A stretch of DNA of 44,217 nucleotides from Octopus bimaculoides (Eukaryota): positions 60,123,509 through 60,167,725 of the forward strand of contig NC_068986.1 in the NCBI RefSeq assembly GCF_001194135.2, read 5' to 3'. The translations under genes were made by a program, and so were the position numbers. The notes beneath the pieces are model-generated. The model was not told the origin of the DNA and did no database searches. It saw nothing but the letters and a program-made list of their open reading frames with translations. Positions 24,881-37,150 of the stretch are shown one piece after another (positions within the stretch are counted from its first letter, which is position 1; every line of letters begins with the position of its first letter).

Positions 24881-26095
24881 ACTATTATCTGTGATTTTAA
24901 TGAGCAGCTTCGACTATATTTGCTAATCACTCTTAACCTGTTTCACACACATGCTTGCAAGGAAAGTTAAGTGCAGGAAAAGATGAGGGCTGAAAAAGGA
25001 GGGAGAGCATTTTAAAAATAGATTAGTCAATGATTTTATATCATGTTGGTGTCCTTTTGTATAAGTCCTCAATTATATTTATTCTACATGTCCTGAGATA
25101 TGCAAATAACTGTCATTGAACACTGTCATATGGGAGCCTTTTGTAGAAGTAGAAATGTTTTGCATTGCAAACTTAAATTGAATTATGTAAGAATACATTG
25201 TAGTTTTTATTGTTGTTCTTGTTATTCTAAAGCTTTGTAAATAAATTTTATTCTGGAAATGTATCGAGTGAGCATAAAGTTGTTGTTTCTTATTAAAACA
25301 TACATGCTTTTAAATATTAAACTCTTTCTTTTCATTTATTGAATACAATACAGTATCTTTTGATAATGTTTTTCTTTCTTTTCTTTTTTCTTTCTTTATT
25401 GTCTTTTGTATCATTCTGACAATTTTTCTACAATTTGTGGAAATCATTTTATTCACTTTATTTCTTTATTTTTTAATGGTACTGTCTACTATGAAGTGTC
25501 AAAACTGTTTGTCACACTTCTGCAATCTAGTTAATGAAACATATCATCAATGACCAGTTTGCAGGAGCAAGACAAAACCTTTTGGCACTTCAGAGTACTA
25601 TTAAGAACTCAACAGAAATTGAATATAACAATTTTTGTGTGTTTTAAAATTACTTAAGCATTTCTTCCATAACATAACTGCTTTACTTTCATTACACAGT
25701 TTCTGTTAAGATCACTGGTCAGTGTCTTCTCTTTATTTTTCATTTTTTTTTTGTTTACTTCTTTAAAACAAAAATTATTTCTGAAATGAAAAAAAAAAAA
25801 AAAAAAAATACAAGATAAAGTGATGGAATACATAAGTGCAAAGCAGTAATGGGGAATAAATAAACTTTAGATTAGTTTTAAAACGTTTGTGACATATTTT
25901 AATTTCTAAAGGCAATCTCACTGCAGTTAACCATAGAGAAATCTGGCTATGATAAAAGATGTAAATATGCCATTGTTATTTCAGTGACGCCCTCCATTAG
26001 GCCTCTAGATGTGTTTCTGAATTGTTATGCCTTCCTCTGGGAAATAGCAAAGAGAGGTAACCTTGTCTGACAGAAAATCATGGCTTTATAATGAA

Positions 26096-27662
26096 CTAGC
26101 AGAAATACCCGGCGTTGCCCGGGTTAAAGAGAATAATGAAATCTAAAAACGCCGTCTAGACTACGCATCATCTTTATATATAGAGATGTATATACACACA
26201 CGCACCCAAACACACGTATATATATGTATATCAATATAAATATATGAAAGTCAATGAAGTTTCGTAAAAGAAGGTGATCATGTACATACTTTCTTGCTGT
26301 TGTGATTATAACACCTCGTTGTAAACAATGTTCCTTGTTTTCCCTTGTGGAGCATATACAAATAGGTTTTTTGTTGCTGCCCACTCTTGAGCAGCCAACA
26401 TACAGTTGTCCATGTGAGAAGCAGGGCTCTTCCAAGAGAAGACCAGCTACAGACAGTGTTTGACCCTGAGNNNNNNNNNNNNNNNNNNNNNNNNNNNNNN
26501 NNNNNNNNNNNNNNNNNNNNNNNNNNNNNNNNNNNNNNNNNNNNNNNNNNNNNNNNNNNNNNNNNNNNNNNNNNNNNNNNNNNNNNNNNNNNNNNNNNNN
26601 NNNNNNNNNNNNNNNNNNNNNNNNNNNNNNNNNNNNNNNNNNNNNNNNNNNNNNNNNNNNNNNNNNNNNNNNNNNNNNNNNNNNNNNNNNNNNNNNNNNN
26701 NNNNNNNNNNNNNNNNNNNNNNNNNNNNNNNNNNNNNNNNNNNNNNNNNNNNNNNNNNNNNNNNNNNNNNNNNNNNNNNNNNNNNNNNNNNNNNNNNNNN
26801 NNNNNNNNNNNNNNNNNNNNNNNNNNNNNNNNNNNNNNNNNNNNNNNNNNNNNNNNNNNNNNNNNNNNNNNNNNNNNNNNNNNNNNNNNNNNNNNNNNNN
26901 NNNNNNNNNNNNNNNNNNNNNNNNNNNNNNNNNNNNNNNNNNNNNNNNNNNNNNNNNNNNNNNNNNNNNNNNNNNNNNNNNNNNNNNNNNNNNNNNNNNN
27001 NNNNNNNNNNNNNNNNNNNNNNNNNNNNNNNNNNNNNNNNNNNNNNNNNNNNNNNNNNNNNNNNNNNNNNNNNNNNNNNNNNNNNNNNNNNNNNNNNNNN
27101 NNNNNNNNNNNNNNNNNNNNNNNNNNNNNNNNNNNNNNNNNNNNNNNNNNNNNNNNNNNNNNNNNNNNNNNNNNNNNNNNNNNNNNNNNNNNNNNNNNNN
27201 NNNNNNNNNNNNNNNNNNNNNNNNNNNNNNNNNNNNNNNNNNNNNNNNNNNNNNNNNNNNNNNNNNNNNNNNNNNNNNNNNNNNNNNNNNNNNNNNNNNN
27301 NNNNNNNNNNNNNNNNNNNNNNNNNNCTGTGAAAGTATCTGTCACTACAGTATCGAAATGTGATTGTTTCAGTTAGTGGAATAGTTTCATTTTTAAAGTG
27401 AAAGTATTTGACAGGAGTGTTTTTGTTTCACTTTTGACTCGTAATACTTAAATAGTGGAGGAGATATTATGTTGCCGTGTGCTCGAACTCTGCAAGAAGT
27501 TAATAATTTTTTTTGACTAAAACACAACTGGAACCCTAAGTAAGGCATGTGTAAAATTTGAATGAAATTGGTTGCGTAGTTCTCGAGTTTTAGGGATTCA
27601 CACAGACAGACAGACAGACAGACAGACAGGCAGACACACATTCTCATTTTTATATATATAGA
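26096..27662 (-). mobile_element. Non-autonomous Helitron with helicase C-terminal remnant (spans an 856-N gap)
   Basis: 5' end A|TCTATATATATAAAAATGAG at 27662 followed by (TGTC)n; 3' hairpin CCCGGGCAACGCCGGG (26108-26123) then CTAG|T (26096-26099). Remnant LEEPCFSHGQLYVGCSRVG..KTRNIVYNEVL is a PIF1-type helicase motif. Confidence 0.88.
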
Positions 27663-28399
27663 TCATTTAGTAAAGTGACTGATCTGTGCTCATTAACTGC
27701 AATACTAGTGACTGATTTGCACTCAAAGACTGCCCGATTAAAATACATCACAAATTTATGCAAACTGAAGTTTGCTTTTTACCTGTCACTGCTTTGTGCT
27801 AGTACTTATAGTATTTGTTCAGACAAATATCATAAGTATTCCACCATCAATCATCCTCAGTGGCCAGAACTTTGCACCTGACATGGATTCAGTCTGTGGT
27901 CCTCAGTAGGTTGCCTGTTGTAACTTCCAGTTGTCCTCCATGCTACATGTCTCTGTCTTTTCCTCCCATTCAACAAATGCTTTAACTAGGACCCCTCTAG
28001 ATTTTTACAAGCACCTATAGTGAGAGAGAGAGAGAGAGAGACTCACACACACACAGATACACACAGAGTATCTTTACAACAAATATTGGCAGAATGAGTC
28101 ATGTTTGATTTTGAAATTATGATTTAGCATTTTCTTTTATAACCACTTGCATTTTGTGGGTTCTTCTTTTTTTTTTTTTGCCAATTTTATAATGGAAACA
28201 ATATATATAAATAGCAATAATAAAAGCTATTAATTTATAAATAGGTAGTCGATATTTGATGATGTCAGTAGATATGTATGTATATATTCCAGCAATAAAA
28301 TTCCAGTGAAGCATTCATGAAACAATTGTAGAAGTAAGCAATAAAAAGTTGCTAACTATTCTCCTTGTTTACAGACATACATATATATAGATATAGATA

Positions 28400-28406
28400 C
28401 ATATAT

Positions 28407-28448
<42 letters not shown>
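28400..28448. repeat. (CA)n microsatellite
   Basis: Direct observation. Others: (GA)n(CA)n near 28022-28060, (TA)n near 29337-29371, (TAA)n near 36900-36941. Confidence 0.95.
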
Positions 28449-28450
<2 letters not shown>

Positions 28451-29180
28451 CACTTGATCTGGAAACCTTCTTAAACTCCAAAAAGGAAATGTTAAGTTGA
28501 TCCCCTCATCAGAGGAAATTTTTGGAAACAGAATTTCCTATTTGAGAAAAGCAATCGTCTACACACTGACCCATTTTAGAGACAACTGGAATTGATCTAA
28601 GTGGAGTAACTACTCCTTGCCCAGGTTTATTGACAGCAAAATTTCGGTCCAGGATATTTTATTTACAAACTTACTGAGCCAAGGCATGTTCTTTCCTCCA
28701 AATGAAGAGAGGTTATGTACCTCCACCAATGAGTCTTACAAGCCGCCTTAAGAGCGAAGAACTTTATAGATGTGAAACCAATGGTCATTCTCTAACTGGC
28801 TATAATATATATAAATTTATATCCAAAACAATTATAAGAATATGGAGACGGGTACATCTTCAAATTTTTCTTTAATTTAACAGTTAATTATACAGCATAA
28901 TTAGATAGTTATAAAAAGTCCAACACATGTTTCTGCTGCACAGAGTATGTGAAGTTGCATGTACAATCTACAATATTCTGCAATGCAACATCATTCAATG
29001 TGGTCTGAAGAGTGGTCTACTCTGCACTATGCTTAAATTATGAATGAAATGAACAGACACACACACACATGTGTGTGTGCATATATGTATCTATCTAAAG
29101 TGATACCACATGTTTTGCTGGCTTAATCTCTACTTCAATTTCTGAGCATTTCCTCACATCAGTGACATAGAAATTTAAAC

Positions 29181-29272
29181 TTTTGTCTTTGTATAGGGTC
29201 TGATGAGCTGTCCACAAGGCTTTGGCTTTGTGGATATGAAAGCTTGGGTTACTCTATGTCCAAGGTACAAAA
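29181..29272 (+). ncRNA. Type I hammerhead ribozyme fold (three core-adjacent substitutions)
   Basis: Stem I: ATAGGGT 29193-29199 pairs with ACTCTAT 29251-29257 and extends to about 19 bp with small bulges. CTGATGA 29200-29206; long stem II TGTCCACAAGGC/GCTTTGTGGATA; GAAA 29238-29241; short stem III; cleavage position 29250. Confidence 0.75.
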
Positions 29273-29334
29273 TTTTTTGTTGTAACAATTACTGCTCTAT
29301 TCTTTAGAGTGTACTTCTTTTCTGATGTATTAAT

Positions 29335-29374
<40 letters not shown>

Positions 29375-29634
29375 AGTAAAAATAAATACAAAAAAAGGGG
29401 GTTTTGTATGATTGTGTATAGAGGAATATATTATTTTGTTTAAAAGAGTTCCAACACTGTCTGTTTTTTATGTTTTATTTATATTCCTGCAAAACCAATG
29501 TGGGATATAGAATATGGAATATACAATATATAATATAATATATAATATAAAATAAAAAAGGATGGTACTATGAAATAAAGTATTGAATGTCTTATTGAAT
29601 ATATGGAATATATATGGAATATATATATATATAT

Positions 29635-29920
29635 CATCATCATCATCATCATCGTTTAACGTTCGCTTTCCATGCTAGCATGGGTTGGACGATTTGACTG
29701 AGGACTGGTGAACCAGATGGCTACACCAGGCTCCAATCTGATTTGGCAGAGTTTCTACAGCTGGATGCTCGAATGTCTTTTCACGTGCCACTAGCACAAG
29801 TGCCAGGAAAGTGACGTTGGTAATGGTCACGCTAAAATGGTGCTATTTACGTGCTACCGGCACAAAAGCCAGACAGCTGGTGCTCTGGCAATGATCACGC
29901 TTGGACAGTGCTCTTAGTGA
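29635..29920 (-). mobile_element. RTE LINE 3' UTR with (GAT)n tail
   Basis: (CAT)n at 29635-29653 then cgtttaacgttcgctttccatgctagcatggg; 29770-29920 is the reverse-complement homologue of 23100-23240. Confidence 0.8.
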
Positions 29921-29924
29921 TTTA

Positions 29925-30281
29925 CTACCGATTATTTTGGGGCTATTTTTCAAAATGCCTCAGCTCTGGCATGCAAAATTCCAGAAACAATTCTGCAGAG
30001 AATAATTCACTGCAGTATATGTGGCCGGCTGGAGAACATAACTATTTAAATTATTATTTATATAGATAGGGTGATAAATTGAATATTAATTCAATTTAAA
30101 ACTATGTGGCCTAGCATATAAAACAGGACAAAATGAGAAATATACAGAGCTGTTCAAAAGGCTTTGGTTTTGTGGATACGAAACCTTGGGTAACTCTATG
30201 TCCAAGGTACAAAATTTTTGTTGTAACAATTACTGCGCTATTCTGAGGCATTTTGAAAAATAGCCCCAATGTAATTGGTAG
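29925..30281. mobile_element. 357-bp MITE-like element with 39-bp TIRs carrying a hammerhead fragment
   Basis: Left TIR CTACCGATTATTTTGGGGCTATTTTTCAAAATGCCTCAG (29925-29963) matches the reverse complement of 30243-30281 at 36/39. Flanks TA and AA. Internal 30147-30244 is homologous to 29205-29303. Confidence 0.7.
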
Positions 30282-33200
30282 AACAATATGCTAGTCTTAT
30301 TTCATGAAGACAATTCGTGTATAGTTCTGCAAATTATATTGATTCTTATTTGTATATTCTCCCATATATATATGCATAGTCTTAACTGAGCAGGAATTCT
30401 AACCAGAACCATCCTGTCTTTTTTATCTCTTATGTGCAGGAAACTCAAAAGTACATTGTCCAATGTGAAATTTTTTTTCTTAGTAGTGCATAATTTGAGG
30501 GAGATTTAATTATTATTCATAGCAGGTTGAATAACTACACAGAAAGTATTTTTTGGTCTCAGACACACTATATCTAAAACAAGATGGGATTATCACAACT
30601 GGAATGTTTTGGATCATATGTTTACTTGATCAAATCCAACAAGGAGCTAAAGAACTTTTGTCTTCACATTTCTATTAAATATTGAGAACTTCTTTTACCT
30701 TATTTATATTGTAGCAAAGCCTGGAATTAAAATACCACAGCTTCAGTAACTAAGTTTAGACCACATTAAGTCAGGCAACATGCCCTGAATATTAACCAAT
30801 CAGCTTGCTGGAATATTACTCTATATCACAGAATGTTCTATAAGATTCCCATGCAAAAGGGGGTTATAAAATTGAAATTGCACCAGAATCAGCACAGAGT
30901 TTGAGAAAGCTACCAGTGAAGATAGACATACACAGAATTCTTGATACCTACACAGTCTGTGTTTAAAAGAATTACTTCATCATCACTGCACTTCTCCAAG
31001 CACATACCATGAACACAAGATCCTCACCTCTCGCCACACAAATAAGTAGCCAACCAATTCTTAGTCAAAAGCAAGCCAAAGGTGCACACAGACAACAAGC
31101 CCTTTACATGGACAAGTTTTCTTTGGCTGAAGCTCAGTCCTGAGTTAAAAGGATTTTTCAACTAGGATGGTCAAAGCATTATTCTCACCTCTCACATGAA
31201 GATAAACTCTTCTGTTAGTAATGTTATTACAAACTACATTCATCTCTAGCAGGCCACTTCACACTATTGGCAAGCTACAATTAGAAGGGTAAATATTGTA
31301 ATAAACTTCAATGAAAATAAAAATGTTATTTCAACAACTCTTGGAGTTGGTTATTATGGGACAACACACAGCTAAACTTATTATCACTCAATAGGCACCC
31401 ATCTAATCAGCTTGACAATATCATTTGCATTTATCATTCAGTATGTATACTATGTTCCTCGTTTTGTTGTGTAGCACTAACAAGCAGCAGAAGTGGTGGT
31501 GGTGTAGCAGCAGCAGCATTAGTTTAATTTTTGATTTTGTTTTTAATTTTAGCACTGACTGCAATCTTATGCAAATATCTGATTCTGAATCAATTACCAT
31601 ATTCCCTAAATATGTCAACTTACAGTATTATGGGATTATATTTTTCTTTGTCTTGTTTATTTATGGGCAATTTAATTATATCAATGACATTTAGAATGGA
31701 ACCCACACTTGCACACACATATGTTATAAGAATAGCAAAATTCACACATGCATATATGTACATAGAATAACAAAACCTTCACTTGCACACATACATGTAC
31801 ATAAAATGCAAAACCAGTTCATACATATGCATACGTATACAGAACACAAATATGGAATGAAAACATTAAGCAGTGATGTGTATAAATAAAAACTTGTTAC
31901 CACTTCAAATATTCAAACCCATAAGAAAGCTATTCACTGTATTTCATCATGGAGAAAATTTTTCACTATAGAAAGATAGGTGTAAATACACTCAGTCAAT
32001 TTGTAGTGTTCCCTAAACCAGACTGATGGATATGTGCATTTTGTAGTAGTTGCCTCCTCTTCAGTACCAGAAATTTGAAAGAAAGACACTGCGAGCTGAC
32101 AAGAGAGACTGGTCTCTCTTATATTTTTATCATCATATTATGTATGACTGGTTGCATAAGTTGGCAGCTCACTGTAAATAAAATATGGGTTAGAAGGGCT
32201 GAGCAGTAATGTGCATAAATACAAACTTGTTACCCATTCAAATATGTTTGAGGCATATTTGAACCTGTTTCCAGCTTCTGGTACTGAAGAAGAGATAACA
32301 TTTCTTCATAGGATGAATTCAATTTTTGTCCATTTCATCCCTTCTGGAGTTGATTAAATAAGTACTAATCAAATACTGGGAGATTGAAGTTAATCAAATA
32401 TATACTGTGTCCAAACTTTGTTCATGAGGTTGACCTTGTGCATATGCTAGAAAAATATTATTATTAAACTACAGTAGTAGATTATACAGTTGGTAATATG
32501 CCGGAGAAAATATCTTCCAGTATTTAGTTACTTTACATATTAATTACAACACTTTACTGAATTCAAATTCTACAGAGGTTAAATATGACATAATGCACTT
32601 AGGTCCAATATAATTTGATTAAGTAAGTTCTTGCTTTCTTTAATAATTTCTATGAAATTTAAGATGACAGGCACTAATCCAAGCATATATTTAAAAAGAG
32701 ATACATGATGGATGAGAAATATGGATAATATATTCAGCTGATACATTGGTCTGGAACCTGGAGAACCAAAGAGGGGCCAGTGAATATTTGATGGATCCTT
32801 TCCTTAATAATAATTATGTCTTTATATAACAACAAGAAGTTGTTATTTTGAAGTTGTCTTTCAGTTATGTTCTATGAATTATAATCTAAACTAGGGCTAT
32901 TGTTTCAATATGCAGTTATATGCAAATGAAACCAGTTGTTTACTATTCCTCATCAACATTAGTAAGTTAGGTGTATGTTAGTTTTTGCACATCTTTTCTA
33001 TGTTTGATTGTTTTTCTCTCTTTTTCTTCACTGTTAGAAACTTGTGCACACCCAATTTCATCTCCACTACCTATACCAAAAATCTTTGTACTGGAAATCT
33101 TGTTATCAGAAATCTTGAAATCCCCAAACCCCAGGTTCATCCAACAATGTCCTATTGAATTTTGTTAATAATAATGGTAGTAAGGATGAAAATAATAAGA

Positions 33201-33449
33201 ATATTAATTAGGATAATAATAAGAATGCTACTGGTTTTACTGATAGTAATAGTGCTGATGGAACTGGTAGTTGTAATAATATGTCAGGTCACTTTTAGTA
33301 CTATTGGTAACATAATCCAGTACAACCTGATAAATTGTTGGGCCATTTGCAACTAAATTGGCAACCCTACCAATCAAGTGCTTGCCTGGTAAGGAGGGTG
33401 AATTTTGTTGGACACTGAATGACAAAAAGCCTGTTAAAGTGTGCATGGT

Positions 33450-35497
33450 CTCAATAGAGTCAATGGCCAGCCAACTATATGAGTCTTTAAATGCTGCAGG
33501 GATAAATACTGGAAGTGGTGATCAGTGCAGGATAACCAGCTTAAATGAAGGTAGACAGGCCTCTTGGAAGTCTTGGCTGATATCCTGTCTAGTGATGGTA
33601 ACATATAAGAATTCCAATTAAGGATATCACTGAGTTAAATTCCTTGATGCATGCCACTGCTTATGCCATCACAGAGAAGATGGGAATATTTAGAGAAAAG
33701 AAAGTACAGAGAAACAAAGAACCATTCTGAAAAAGGAGAATAAATGAAAGTATCAACAGATGGTGGAAGGATTTTAGAAAGTTTGAGGAAGTAAGGAGAG
33801 GTAATATGAGGCTCAATGAAAGAGAACAAAATTATATGAATAAAAAATACCACCTAGTGGATAAGGGCACTCTATTTATATTGAATATGTTAAAACAAAA
33901 GATCAAAGTAAGTGAAGATAAGATCAAAAGATACAAGGAAAGATATCTACATTTTAAACAAAATCAATTATTTAGAACAAATCATCAGCTGTTCTACAAG
34001 ACTCTGGGTAGAAGAGATAAAGAAGAAGCGGTTACCAGATCTCAAAGAAGCAACTTTGTTTTGGAGTAAGATCTAGTTCAGGAGTGGGGAAACCCCGCCC
34101 ACAGGCACAATTGCGCCCGCAAACCCATTTTATTGTGCCCATAGGCTGGCATACTCGTATGTACAAAATATAGTCAATTTTTCAATCATAAAATTTATAC
34201 AGTACTCATATACCTCTTTGCAACATAGATCACATTTCCACTATGACTTAAAACAGTTAGACTCAAGCAGAAAATTGCCCAGTAATTGCCATTTGAATGG
34301 AAATTTTGTTTTCACTATAAAACACATTATGCTAGGTTTGTACCACCCCTTGAGACCAAACTACACTTTATTTGAAAAATATAGAATACCTCATAAGTAA
34401 TATGAATGTCCTAAATTCATCGGTGGCATTAATGAAGATGTCATGTGTTAATTTAATGTGTTAAACTTATCTTTATTAATGTATATCGAATTATACATAC
34501 ATATGTACAAGATTTACACAGATATAAGAGTTAGAATTCCTGATCCGCCCATAGACCTTTTGTTGGGGAAATTTTTACCCACCACACTTAAAAATTTCCC
34601 ACCCCTGATCTAGTCAGAAAATGTCAAGCACAACAACAGGGCACCTTGGCTCTATGAATTGGAAGAAGAATTCAAAGACATGGAGATAGAGGAGGGCATC
34701 ATCACATTGGAAGATATTCAAGCTGGAGTTGGTAAGATGAAAAATTGGAAGGCAGCTGGCCCAGATCTAGTTCAGGGTTTTTGGTTCAAGGTTTTGATAA
34801 ATTTACATCCTAAACTACAAAAATTCTTGCAAGGCTGTGTATTCCAAGGAATTGTTTCAAATTGTATCAGCCAAGGGTGCTGTATCCAGTAACTATCATC
34901 TAATTGCTTGTTTACCCATGATGTGGAAGCTTCTAACTGGGATAATGGAAAGAAATTGTACAGACATGTTACAAGGAGGGATCTCAGAGAACAACAAATC
35001 AGTTACTGATTGACAAAGCAATTCTTAGGAACTGCTAAAGAAAGTTGACAAGCCTATCAATGGCTTGAATTGACTATACGAAGGCATATGGTATGGTACC
35101 TCATTCATGGATTCTGAAATGCCTGGAGATGGTCAGGCAGTGAAAAAAAATTATTTATTTGTTCAAAAACAGCATGAAAAACTGGAAGACAGATCTGACT
35201 GCAGGTAGAAGAGAAATTGGACAAGTTGACACCAAAAGGGGAATCATTCAAGGAGAACTGGTGTCACCCTTACTGTTTACTGTTAGTTTGTTACCACTCT
35301 CCATAGCTTTGAGAAAGATGGGACAGCTGGCCACAATCTGCAGAAAAACACCAATCATCCACTGGCTATTTATGGATGGTTTAAAACTTTATGGCACCAG
35401 CAGCGCTCAATTGGATTTTCTTATTCAGCCCATATGAATTTTCTCTCAAGATATCCAGATGGCATTTTGGTATAGAGAAATGCACTGCTATTGAACT

Positions 35498-35556
<59 letters not shown>

Positions 35557-36420
35557 AGTGGAGTACAACTTCCAGATGATGAGTTGATAAGAGAAGTGAA
35601 TGGAGAGGGTTACAATTATCTTGGTGCTGAATGCCAAGACAAAGGAGAAAATTTCTTCTGAATATGCCAGAAGAGTTAAAAACCTATATAGATCTAAGCT
35701 AAATGGGGGGAAACTGATTAGAGACATCAATGCATGTGCTGTTCATGTGATATTTTACTATGGAGGAGTTGTGGAATGGACAACGGAAGAACTTGTCAAC
35801 ATGGATGGAAAAGTTAGGAAAGTAATGGTTATGCATAGGTGCCATCATACTTGAAGTAATATAGCAAGGCTTTACTTACCTAAAAGGAAAATGGAAAAAA
35901 GCTGGTTGGAATAAAAGATAACGTTGTGAAGATCAAGTCCTTGCATGCTTACCTGAAGAACAGTAATGAAAGAATGTTGCAGGCTGCATTGAGTGAGAAG
36001 GTGATCAATGACATTGGAGAGATCCTCCAGGAGTCCAATATGAGGGCTAATAGAGAAAAGAATATCAACTGTAAAGAGAAAGTCCTTCATGATGAGTTTT
36101 TCCAGCAAACATTGGATGAAGCTGATGAAGAATTCTGAAAATGGTTATGATTGGGTTTTTTAAAGGAGACAAAAGGACTGATTCTTGCTGCTCAAGAACA
36201 AGCTTTACAAACCTACTCAATTAAGTGTAGTACTAATAAGACAGTAGTATTTCCTTTGTGCAGACTATGAAGAAAACCATCTGAGACAATCAGGCATATA
36301 ATTAATGGATGCTCAAAACTAGCCCAAAAGGAGTACAAAAAATGTTATGACAAAGTAGCAGTGCAAATACACTGGGAGTTGTGCAAGAAGTATGGGCTAG
36401 AATGTTTCAACAAGTGGTAC
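33450..36420 (+). mobile_element. Second R4/Dong-like RLE retrotransposon, heavily degenerate and 3'-truncated
   Basis: IKDITELNSLMHATA, FKQNQLFRTNHQLFY, KNWKAAGPD.VQGFWFK, IIQGE.VSPLLF, WLFMDGLKLY, FGIEKC, SKLNGGKLI..IN, LILAAQEQAL, CRL..KPSETIRHIINGC..EYKKCYDKVA..IHW. Contains a (GA)n expansion at about 35500-35555. Confidence 0.88.
34079..34608. mobile_element. hAT-Charlie-like MITE (530 bp) inserted in the R4 element
   Basis: Termini CAGGAGTGGGGAAA and TTTCCCCACCCCTG; 8-bp TSD ATCTAGTT/ATCTAGTC (34071-34078, 34609-34616) resembles the Charlie NTCTAGAN target. The R4 frame resumes afterwards (..FWSKI|WSENVKHN). Confidence 0.85.
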
Positions 36421-36903
36421 ATGTCAAGTTTTGTAAATTTTCTCAGCACAGGTATAGAAAGAAGGATTAAATAGCCGTAAACTGTGAATCTCTATCTCAC
36501 CATAGTAGATGCACAACCAACAACAGAACATATGAGAAGGGGTAACAACATCAATCGTAATTCTGTAGAGATGGAACCAATTGTGTGTGCCTGTTTATTT
36601 TAATTGTAACATATATAAAAAAAAAAAAACCAACAAGTTCACATAAAACTTGTGCATGCCATGTGACTGGTGGTTGTTAATTATTTAAACAAATGTACAA
36701 CATTTGTTATATATTGATTAGGAGTTCAATACACAACACTTGCCACCCCCAATAAGAAAGTCGATTCAATGGGTTGCAACTGATACATAATAGTCTTCCG
36801 AATAACTTTTCCCCAAGAGAAGCAGCTTTCCTGCCTGTTGAAGATTGAGCTTTGTATATTTGTACTGCATTGTCACTTATTGCTCTCTCACTCAATAATG
36901 ATG

Positions 36904-36939
<36 letters not shown>

Positions 36940-36941
<2 letters not shown>

Positions 36942-37150
36942 CCTTTCTACTATATGCACAAGGCCGGAATTTATGGGGAAGGGTATAGTTGATCACATCG
37001 ACCCCAGTACTTGACTGGTACTTATTTTATTGACCCCCAAAACGATGAAAGGCAAAGTCGACCTCGGTGGAATCTGAACTCAGAACACAAAGATGGACTA
37101 AATGTTGCTAAGCATTTTCTCCAGCATGCTAAAAATCCTGCCATTTTGTT
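36940..37150 (-). mobile_element. SINE family B copy
   Basis: atcgaccccagtacttgactggtacttattttattgacccc..gatgaaaggcaaagtcgacctcggtggaat. Further fragments lie at 37560-37668 and 37930-38240. Confidence 0.8.

Noticed and set aside
24880-25950. U-rich stretch with AATAAA signals resembling a host 3' UTR
   Set aside because: No upstream coding exon was found, and such motifs are expected by chance in DNA this AT-rich.
26278-27376. Long ORFs of 290-355 aa in the ORF track
   Set aside because: They are almost entirely X from the 856-N gap. The same artefact affects ORFs over the other three gaps.
28675-28791. 117-nt minus-strand exon candidate with a GTAAGT donor
   Set aside because: The open frame needs the third of three close AGs with no pyrimidine tract, and the peptide is unrecognisable.
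36121-36150. CTGATGA-AGAATTCT-GAAA core-like motif
   Set aside because: It lies within R4 coding sequence, stem II has only a 2-nt loop without G10.1-C11.1, and there is no stem I or III.
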